Origin: a virus
Taxonomy: Duplodnaviria; Caudoviricetes
IMG/VR virus record: IMGVR_UViG_3300020473_000037
Location: 1 to 54,125 of that record
DNA length: 54,125 bases
Direction: 5' to 3' (one strand)
Shown here: piece by piece, positions 6,881-12,806 of the stretch
Numbering within the stretch: the first letter of the stretch is position 1
Layout: every line of letters starts with the position of its first letter
Translations under genes and position numbers: made by a program
Notes under the pieces: model-generated
The model's input: only the letters and a program-made list of their open reading frames with translations
What the model was told of the DNA's origin: nothing
The model's database searches: none

Positions 6881-7042
6881 ATGACTCAAGATCTTTATGA
6901 TTACAGTCTGACTTCGGATGAGGACTGCGTTCTACTGGATATGATTACATTTTTCAACGACTGCGGGTTACCCGATCAGATCGACTCCAAAGCGTTCGAT
7001 TCTCTATGTAACAAATTTTACAGTGGGGTTCCAAGAAAGTAA
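6881..7042 (+). CDS. hypothetical protein (53 aa), paralog of 3052-3219
   Basis: MTQDLYDYSLTSDEDCVLLDMITFFNDCGLP...FDSLCNKF. Confidence 0.7.
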   Translation: MTQDLYDYSLTSDEDCVLLDMITFFNDCGLPDQIDSKAFDSLCNKFYSGVPRK

Positions 7043-7176
7043 TGAACAAATCATTTGAAGAAGACCAAGATTATACATTCTTGGTCACGGTCACGGCAAA
7101 TGACCTTGAGGAGGCAGAAAACCAAGTGCCCTTTGATTCCATTCTGTATGCTGTAAACGGCGACACCCGATTTTAG
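7042..7176 (+). CDS. hypothetical protein (44 aa)
   Basis: TAATG overlap; FLVTVTANDLEEAE resembles the motif in 1528-1716. Confidence 0.55.
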   Translation: MNKSFEEDQDYTFLVTVTANDLEEAENQVPFDSILYAVNGDTRF

Positions 7177-7179
7177 ACT

Positions 7180-7218
7180 AAATGCCCTAATTCTCAATAG
7201 GGCATTTTTATTGAGAAT
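7180..7218 (+). terminator. terminator-like hairpin overlapping an alternative hairpin
   Basis: AAATGCCCTA 7180-7189 with TAGGGCATTT 7198-7207; ATTCTCAATA 7190-7199 with TATTGAGAAT 7209-7218. Confidence 0.6.
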
Positions 7219-7230
7219 CGGTCAGCCGTA

Positions 7231-7287
7231 AATCAGTTGAGAAACTGGCACACATAATCCCCATTCGTGGTGATGATCCTCTATATT
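7231..7287 (+). promoter_or_regulatory. early promoter element copy 6
   Basis: ATCAGTTGAGAAACTGGCACAC; TATATT at 7282-7287. Confidence 0.75.
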
Positions 7288-7312
7288 AAGAGAGTACACA
7301 TGCAAAAGTCTT

Positions 7313-7564
7313 ATGAACGGTTGGAAAGATTATGAAACTTGGAATGTGTCTCTCTGGATTCAGAACACTGAGTGCCTTTACAGACTTGCCCTAGAGTGTG
7401 CAGGATTCCAAGAATTCAAAAACGTTATGAAAAATGACGTTGGTTCGTTCGTTACTGATGACGGGGTTGCGTGGGATGATGCTGATTACTGCGAAGTCCA
7501 GTCTATGTTCAACGAAATGAAAGCAACAACCGACTTGGATTATTGGAAACATGCCCTAGCGTAA
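7313..7564 (+). CDS. conserved phage hypothetical protein
   Basis: NGWKDYETWNVSLWIQN and TDDGVAWDD motifs of a widespread phage family. Confidence 0.8.
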   Translation: MNGWKDYETWNVSLWIQNTECLYRLALECAGFQEFKNVMKNDVGSFVTDDGVAWDDADYCEVQSMFNEMKATTDLDYWKHALA

Positions 7565-7579
7565 AGCAGGGCAGCCGTA

Positions 7580-7640
7580 AATCAATTCAAAAACTGGCAC
7601 AAGATCGCTTGATTTTGTGCCTTTTTTATGCGATCATAAT
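7580..7640 (+). promoter_or_regulatory. early promoter element copy 7
   Basis: AAACTGGCACAA arm, GGCACAA/TTGTGCC hairpin plus T-tract, GATCATAAT -10 region. Confidence 0.65.
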
Positions 7641-7643
7641 AAT

Positions 7644-7838
7644 ATGTTCAATCCTAATACAACTTTCAATCCAGCATTTCCTTATGCTGTCGTGTGTGCA
7701 TCCGCACCACATGAAAACACAGTTTTCAAAACTTTAGATGAGTGTTGGGGTTTATGCCTCGATCTCTCTGAAGAATATGGTCACTCTGAAGTATGGTACG
7801 GCAAATGCCTAATGGGTGAGTACCGTAACGGACAGTGA
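7644..7838 (+). CDS. hypothetical protein, possibly leaderless
   Basis: MFNPNTTF...GLCLDLSEEYG...; ATG directly after the -10 region with no RBS. Confidence 0.7.
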   Translation: MFNPNTTFNPAFPYAVVCASAPHENTVFKTLDECWGLCLDLSEEYGHSEVWYGKCLMGEYRNGQ

Positions 7839-7886
7839 ACAAACTGGCACACTAAAACCCCATTAGGGGTTTTTTTCATGTATATT
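7830..7886 (+). promoter_or_regulatory. early promoter element copy 8 with terminator hairpin
   Basis: GGACAGTGAACAAACTGGCAC, AAAACCCC/GGGGTTTT, TATATT 7881-7886. Confidence 0.8.
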
Positions 7887-7911
7887 AAAAGAGTACCAAA
7901 GGATTTTTCAA

Positions 7912-8091
7912 ATGAGCGTTTTACATCATGAGTCACTCTATGAAACCTGCATGGACGAATCCTACGAAGAGTACATGCGTATCAGTGGTTTATCAGGTGA
8001 CCAAATGAGTGAGTGGATACATATTAATCCATTCGTTCTTGAAAGAATAGAGGACATGGCATATAAAAAGTTTCAAGACATGTGCCAGTAA
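7912..8091 (+). CDS. hypothetical protein (59 aa)
   Basis: MSVLHHESLYETCMDE...KKFQDMCQ; AAAGGA RBS. Confidence 0.7.
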   Translation: MSVLHHESLYETCMDESYEEYMRISGLSGDQMSEWIHINPFVLERIEDMAYKKFQDMCQ

Positions 8092-8139
8092 ACAAACTTA
8101 CACAGCATCCTACCACGGGATGCTTTTTTCATGTATATT
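8081..8139 (+). promoter_or_regulatory. early promoter element copy 9 with terminator hairpin
   Basis: TGTGCCAGTAAACAAACTTACAC, AGCATCC/GGATGCT plus T-tract, TATATT 8134-8139. Confidence 0.75.
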
Positions 8140-8163
8140 AAAAGAGTCAAACGAATTTCTTCT

Positions 8164-8289
8164 ATGATTGACCCACGTTTTGAAGATGAAGCACTTTCAG
8201 CACTGATGGAAGAGGCATATTGTGAAACCACCGAAGAAACCAAATTTGATGTTGAAAAATACATTGAAGATTCTGACTTCGACTGGTAA
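8164..8289 (+). CDS. small acidic protein (41 aa)
   Basis: MIDPRFEDEALSALMEEAYCETTEETKFDVEKYIEDSDFDW. Confidence 0.6.
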   Translation: MIDPRFEDEALSALMEEAYCETTEETKFDVEKYIEDSDFDW

Positions 8290-8292
8290 GCA

Positions 8293-8430
8293 ATGCAACC
8301 CATTACTGCAATTACCATTTTTCTAATATGCGTCATTTTTATGGGCATAGCAGAGAATGACACTTCCTACCGACCCCTGAATCCTGGTAGTGAAAAAACC
8401 CTTCGTATCCTTTTCAACAATCCTGAATGA
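8293..8430 (+). CDS. small membrane-anchored protein (45 aa)
   Basis: MQPITAITIFLICVIFMGIA hydrophobic N-terminus. Confidence 0.5.
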   Translation: MQPITAITIFLICVIFMGIAENDTSYRPLNPGSEKTLRILFNNPE

Positions 8431-8570
8431 CTATGAACACTACTGTCATGTATTCTTTCCCTGATGACCTAAAATATAGGTACATGAGTTTTGCCACTTA
8501 TGCTCAGGCATTGAAAATCATTGAACTTTTCAATACTATTGACGTTAAGGCACAAATTAAGACCAGTTGA
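8427..8570 (+). CDS. hypothetical protein (47 aa)
   Basis: ATGA overlap; YSFPDDLKYRYMSFATYAQA; stop lies inside the next palindrome. Confidence 0.6.
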   Translation: MTMNTTVMYSFPDDLKYRYMSFATYAQALKIIELFNTIDVKAQIKTS

Positions 8571-8637
8571 CAAACTGGACTTTTTTGTTTCAGTTCGTAA
8601 CAAAAACCCCTTTTAGGGGTTTTTTTATTGGTATTAT
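8561..8637 (+). promoter_or_regulatory. early promoter element copy 10 (20-bp longer spacing)
   Basis: CCAGTT-gaca-AACTGG, AAAAACCCC/GGGGTTTTT, TGG-TATTAT 8632-8637. Confidence 0.75.
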
Positions 8638-8665
8638 ATGGGAGTAAACGCAACCAAGCGAATTT

Positions 8666-9067
8666 ATGCCCGTTAAGTCAACTGCCTCTACTCCTGCAAA
8701 GTCTACAACACCTCGCAAGCGTAGAACCCGTAAGACTTCAACAAAACCAGTCCTTAAAAAGACTACAGTAGAATCAAAAGCATTTGATCTTACTGAAACT
8801 GAATTAAAAACAGTTGAGAAAATGATCGTTGCTTCAACTCCCAAAAAGAAAGCAACACCAAAGGCAAAGGTCACCAGAGCAAAAAAACTCAAAAGACCTG
8901 CTAAAACCGTCCTCACTCTGAATCACTATAAAAGAGATTTTGAGTCAAGAATGAAAATTCACAATTATGAGGTTGATGCCCTAATTCGTGATTTTCTTAA
9001 AGGTTGGGAGCAAATCAAACCTTACCACGCTCAAATGGTAAAACAGATTAAAACAATCACTTTTTAA
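8666..9067 (+). CDS. basic Lys/Thr/Pro-rich, histone H1-like protein
   Basis: TPRKRRTRKTSTK and TPKKKATPKAK low-complexity basic segments plus a helical C-terminus. Confidence 0.75.
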   Translation: MPVKSTASTPAKSTTPRKRRTRKTSTKPVLKKTTVESKAFDLTETELKTVEKMIVASTPKKKATPKAKVTRAKKLKRPAKTVLTLNHYKRDFESRMKIHNYEVDALIRDFLKGWEQIKPYHAQMVKQIKTITF

Positions 9068-9112
9068 ACTGTCACATCACCCCCTTTACAGGGGGTTTTT
9101 TATTGGTACAAT
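9053..9112 (+). promoter_or_regulatory. early promoter element copy 11 with terminator hairpin
   Basis: AAACTGTCACA, ACCCCCT/AGGGGGT plus T-tract, TGG-TACAAT 9107-9112. Confidence 0.8.
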
Positions 9113-9137
9113 TAAGGAGTATTCAACCAAAGGTCTT

Positions 9138-9497
9138 ATGAGAAAAATTGAACAGCAAATGAACTCCGCAATCCGCAACAAGCGTGATTGGACTTCTGGC
9201 AACACTTCTGTTCAAATCGAAGACAACGGCGACGCACTGGTTTACCTACACGGAAACTACATTGCAAAAGTCTCTGACCATTTTGTTGACTTGCATGACG
9301 GCGGGTGGCAGTCCGTGACAACCAAATCCAGACTAAACGCAATCTGTTATGAGTTTGGATCAACCCCAAGGACAGGCATTTTTCAGAAAAATTGGCAGTG
9401 GTTCGTTACCCTATTTGACGGAACTACTCAACCGTTTTTCTCAGGCATCCAACTTAACGAAGCGGGACGCAAAGTCAGTCCTCCACTGTTCGGTTAA
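9138..9497 (+). CDS. conserved phage hypothetical protein
   Basis: MRKIEQQM, VYLHGN and GGWQSVTTKSRLNA motifs; AAAGG RBS. Confidence 0.8.
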   Translation: MRKIEQQMNSAIRNKRDWTSGNTSVQIEDNGDALVYLHGNYIAKVSDHFVDLHDGGWQSVTTKSRLNAICYEFGSTPRTGIFQKNWQWFVTLFDGTTQPFFSGIQLNEAGRKVSPPLFG

Positions 9498-9544
9498 GAA
9501 ACTGTCACACCAAACCCCCATTGGGGTTTTTTTATTGGTATTAT
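9484..9544 (+). promoter_or_regulatory. early promoter element copy 12 with terminator hairpin
   Basis: AAACTGTCACAC, AAACCCC/GGGGTTT plus T-tract, TGG-TATTAT 9539-9544. Confidence 0.8.
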
Positions 9545-9550
9545 TAAAGA

Positions 9551-9661
9551 GTGGAAGAAAGAGGGTTTGGTGAATGCCCTGTTCGACCTTTCTTCCACAG
9601 TAGCAGGATTTCGGGGAGAGGCGTAATGTGCCCCACGGGTCGCCACCGTTAAAAGACATCC
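9551..9661 (+). ncRNA. candidate structured RNA (11-bp hairpin plus three-way junction with kissing loops)
   Basis: GTGGAAGAAAG 9551-9561 with CTTTCTTCCAC 9588-9598; GGGG/CCCC and ACGG/CCGT hairpins with complementary loops GGCG/CGCC. Confidence 0.55.
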
Positions 9662-9683
9662 AACGTTATTTTCCATCAACAGC

Positions 9684-10583
9684 ATGACAAAAAACATTCA
9701 CATTGAACACCCAGAAGACAGCATCTTGACAGGTTCCCTTCACTGTTTGGATGCTTTTTTAAGTGCCTTTTTTCTATCCGTGAAATGGGATGGAGCACCT
9801 GCCATAGTGTGGGGAACCAATCCTGCCACGGGCAATTTCTTTGTAGGCACAAAATCAGTTTTCAATAAGCGTAAAATCAGAATATGTGAAACACCTGAAC
9901 AGATCAGCGAATGGTATGGTGGCACAGAACTTGAAATCATTTTGGGATCGTGCTTATGCAACATACCCCATACTGACCGAATTTATCAGGGTGACTTTAT
10001 CGGGTTTGGTGGTGAGACCGAATACACCCCAAATACCATAACCTATGAATTTGATTCACCCGTAGCGGAAGAAATCATAATTGCACCCCATACCAGATAT
10101 TATGCTGAGTTTGATTTGCGTGATGCGGTCAGTTCACCTGTCACCGATTGGTCAGACTTCCCTGCCACCAATCCCGACGGATCATATTTTGTGAAGTGGG
10201 TCGGTGCGGATGCCGTGGGAGATTTTGAACCACTAAGGGATAAAATCCAATTTGCCAGACAGATGGCACAGTTGGTAAAATTTGAGGATAAGAAGGGGGC
10301 GGCACAGTTAAAGAAAGATCTAAACGCTTTCATCCGTGACGGTGATGAGATCATCCCCGAACTGTTCGCAAATTATCAGTTGGTCAGACTGTGGAAGTTG
10401 GTTGCCAGCATAAAGGAAGATGCCATGCGTCTAATTGAAATTGATTCTGAGGTTGGGGCGTTTATCGGTGATGATGAAATAGACTGTGAAGGATATGTCA
10501 TGCATGGCAATTGCTGGTCTTATAAATTGGTAGACCGTGCGGAATTCTCACACGCTAATTTCAATATGGGGGTGGGTGCTTAG
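9684..10583 (+). CDS. ATP-dependent ligase/nucleotidyltransferase-like protein (DUF6267-like)
   Basis: Motif I KWDG, motif III-like YQGDF, motif IV EGYV, motif V YKLVDR; HIEHPED N-terminus. Confidence 0.75.
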   Translation: MTKNIHIEHPEDSILTGSLHCLDAFLSAFFLSVKWDGAPAIVWGTNPATGNFFVGTKSVFNKRKIRICETPEQISEWYGGTELEIILGSCLCNIPHTDRIYQGDFIGFGGETEYTPNTITYEFDSPVAEEIIIAPHTRYYAEFDLRDAVSSPVTDWSDFPATNPDGSYFVKWVGADAVGDFEPLRDKIQFARQMAQLVKFEDKKGAAQLKKDLNAFIRDGDEIIPELFANYQLVRLWKLVASIKEDAMRLIEIDSEVGAFIGDDEIDCEGYVMHGNCWSYKLVDRAEFSHANFNMGVGA

Positions 10584-10599
10584 GCACTCATCCGTTAGG

Positions 10600-10637
10600 G
10601 GCATTCGTTCGTGATCGGGCAGTGATGCCGTTTTTTT
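10600..10637 (+). terminator. intrinsic terminator closing the early region
   Basis: GGCAT/ATGCC outer stem, GTTCG/CGGGC inner stem, then a T7 tract. Confidence 0.55.
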
Positions 10638-10766
10638 ATGGTCCTTATATTAATTCCGATGGATCCCCTAAGCTATAAACGACCCAATTCGACCTTTATA
10701 TATTGATTTCATAAAAAAATTGCTGGTACTATATACAGTCAGAAAAGGTCGTTTGAATTTCTTCTT

Positions 10767-10937
10767 ATGAAAAAAAATCCCGCAGAAAATTTTACGTCTA
10801 TAGAGATCGATCCAATAACTGGTGAATACAAGACAATAATACCAGAATGGATAATAAATGAGTATGGTTGGTATGAAGGAACTGAATTAAACTTTAGAAT
10901 TGATGAAGGAGATATATTTTTGGAGGAGCGTGAATGA
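10767..10937 (+). CDS. AbrB/MazE/SpoVT-like DNA-binding protein (56 aa)
   Basis: GEYKTIIPEWIINEYGWYEGTELNFRIDEGDIFLE fits the swapped-hairpin pattern. Confidence 0.7.
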   Translation: MKKNPAENFTSIEIDPITGEYKTIIPEWIINEYGWYEGTELNFRIDEGDIFLEERE

Positions 10938-11101
10938 AGACTTATCATGTATACTTAAACGATAGATGTTTGTTTAAGAATTTGAATGAAAGAGAGTTTA
11001 AAGTTATATGGGGAAGATTATATCATTCTTATTGGGATGGACTAACATATTCAGAAGTAGTAGAAACCCCCATCGAAAAATATGAAGAATCTAGTTATTG
11101 A
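10934..11101 (+). CDS. hypothetical protein (55 aa)
   Basis: GGAGG RBS, ATGA overlap; MKTYHVYLNDRCLFKNL. Confidence 0.7.
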   Translation: MKTYHVYLNDRCLFKNLNEREFKVIWGRLYHSYWDGLTYSEVVETPIEKYEESSY

Positions 11102-11126
11102 CTTTATAGATAAACTGATGTATAAT
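11098..11126 (+). promoter_or_regulatory. host-like sigma70 (middle) promoter
   Basis: TTGACT, 17 nt, TATAAT. Confidence 0.8.
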
Positions 11127-11148
11127 TGAGTTGTATTAAAAGAGCATT

Positions 11149-11907
11149 ATGGCTAAAGGATTTACTGTTAAAGCAAATACTCCCAAACCAAAGAACAAAG
11201 AACCAGAATGGGATTATGCTAAGGCAAAAGCAATGGTTAAAGGAAAGACAATAGTATTTTGTCTACCAGGTCGAGGAGTATCATATACATATTTGAAAAA
11301 TTTTGTTCAGCTTTGTTTTGATCTTGTACAGAATGGTGCTAGTATACAGATATCACAGGACTATAGTTCTATGGTAAACTTTGCAAGATGTAAGTGTCTT
11401 GGAGCAAATGTTTTACGTGGTCCTGATCAGATACCTTGGGATGGTAGATTAAAGTATGATTACCAGTTATGGATTGATAGTGATATTGTTTTTAATGTAG
11501 AGAAGTTTTGGCAATTAGTATTAATGGATAAGGATATTGCATCTGGTTGGTATTGTACAGAAGATGGAAAAACTACATCTGTTGCACATTGGTTAGATGA
11601 AGATGATTTTAAAGGTAATGGTGGAGTAATGAATCATGAAACCATTGAAAGTATTAGTAAGAGACGTAAACCATTTACTGTTGATTATGCAGGTTTTGGT
11701 TGGTTATTAATTAAACATGGTATATGGGAACATAAAGAGATGAAATATCCTTGGTTTGCTCCTAAGATGCAAATTTTTGAATCAGGTGCAGTACAGGATA
11801 TGTGTGGAGAAGATGTTTCATTCTGCTTAGATGCAAAAGAAGCAGGGTTTGAAATATGGTGTGATCCAAGAGTCAGAGTTGGTCACGAGAAGATGAGAGT
11901 TATCTAA
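11149..11907 (+). CDS. conserved cyanophage GT-A-fold glycosyltransferase-like protein
   Basis: WIDSD (DxD), GFGW, GEDVSFC and RVGHEK motifs. Confidence 0.8.
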   Translation: MAKGFTVKANTPKPKNKEPEWDYAKAKAMVKGKTIVFCLPGRGVSYTYLKNFVQLCFDLVQNGASIQISQDYSSMVNFARCKCLGANVLRGPDQIPWDGRLKYDYQLWIDSDIVFNVEKFWQLVLMDKDIASGWYCTEDGKTTSVAHWLDEDDFKGNGGVMNHETIESISKRRKPFTVDYAGFGWLLIKHGIWEHKEMKYPWFAPKMQIFESGAVQDMCGEDVSFCLDAKEAGFEIWCDPRVRVGHEKMRVI

Positions 11908-11914
11908 TCTTCAA

Positions 11915-12082
11915 ATGGATGTGAAATACACTGTTAGTATTGATGGTATTGAAAGATATACTGATATTACTGAATTAGAATATCTGGATCTCATGGAAGA
12001 TCTAGCAGATGAATTCTATCAGACAGGTACTCCACATCCAGACAGTATTACATTTACAACAAAGAGGGAACCAAATGCTTGA
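11915..12082 (+). CDS. hypothetical protein (55 aa)
   Basis: MDVKYTV...EYLDLMEDLADEFYQTGTPHP. Confidence 0.65.
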   Translation: MDVKYTVSIDGIERYTDITELEYLDLMEDLADEFYQTGTPHPDSITFTTKREPNA

Positions 12083-12260
12083 TGTAAAGACAGTTAAGAA
12101 CAAAGATCTTGGTCTATGGGAAATAACTGCTACACTTGATCTTCCACCTATAACGATCACTAGGTTGAAGAAAGATAAGAGTGATATTCAATATGAATTA
12201 CGTAATGCCTTTAGCGAAGTAATTCAAGAAATCGTAGAAAAACATTGTGAGGAAGATTAA
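12075..12260 (+). CDS. hypothetical protein
   Basis: Likely start MLDVKTVK at 12075 after AGAGGG. Confidence 0.6.
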   Translation: MLDVKTVKNKDLGLWEITATLDLPPITITRLKKDKSDIQYELRNAFSEVIQEIVEKHCEED

Positions 12261-12406
12261 TGGCTAAAGTAAAAACAGGACTATTAGGTGGTACTTATGT
12301 TGAGTCACGTCCGAAAAAGTCTCGACAAGGACAGGGAAAACACTCGAAATACTCGGCAACATCCCGTAACTCGGCTCGTAAAAGAACTAGGGGGCAGGGC
12401 AAATGA
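12260..12406 (+). CDS. small basic protein (48 aa)
   Basis: PKKSRQGQGKHSKYSATSRN...KRTRGQGK, a cyanophage-typical basic peptide. Confidence 0.75.
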   Translation: MAKVKTGLLGGTYVESRPKKSRQGQGKHSKYSATSRNSARKRTRGQGK

Positions 12407-12609
12407 TGAATTTATTAGCGGCAGCATCGCTTGATCTTAATGAAGCATGGAACTTATCATGGGGTGAAGGCATTCAATTTATTTTAGTACTTGCTTTTGT
12501 CTATTGGCTTAAGGTTCAAATTGATACTAGAGCAGGATTAGGTAAAAAGAAACGACGAGAACTTAAACAAATTATAGTTGAGGCAATCAATGAAACAAAG
12601 GGGGTTTAA
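12403..12609 (+). CDS. small membrane protein
   Basis: One hydrophobic helix followed by a basic patch. Confidence 0.65.
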   Translation: MMNLLAAASLDLNEAWNLSWGEGIQFILVLAFVYWLKVQIDTRAGLGKKKRRELKQIIVEAINETKGV

Positions 12610-12623
12610 CACCCTCTTTTTTT
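12597..12623 (+). terminator. intrinsic terminator
   Basis: AAAGGGGGT-ttaac-ACCCTCTTT followed by a T-tract. Confidence 0.7.
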
Positions 12624-12654
12624 ATGCCTAAATAACAATTATTAGCCTAAAATA

Positions 12655-12783
12655 ATGGATAAAGAAGAATTAAGGACTGTTTGGGGTGCTGAAAACACCG
12701 ATTCTGACGAAATTAAGGAAGAAAAAAGGCGTGTAATCCAAGAAATTGCACATGATGATATAAATTCTAAAAACTTAACATAA
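12655..12783 (+). CDS. hypothetical protein (42 aa)
   Basis: MDKEELRTVWG...RVIQEIAHDD, after CTAAATA late-type promoter at 12628-12634. Confidence 0.55.
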   Translation: MDKEELRTVWGAENTDSDEIKEEKRRVIQEIAHDDINSKNLT

Positions 12784-12786
12784 ATA
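12779..12786 (+). promoter_or_regulatory. T4-type late promoter
   Basis: CATAAATA upstream of gp25. Confidence 0.6.
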
Positions 12787-12806
12787 GATCAAGAAAACAC
12801 ATTAAT

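Noticed and set aside
8590-8916. Minus-strand hydrophobic 108-aa ORF
   Set aside because: It is the antisense shadow of the Lys-rich gene.
9551-9661. tRNA gene
   Set aside because: GTTCGA and TGG loop-like words are present, but there is no cloverleaf, anticodon arm or T-stem.
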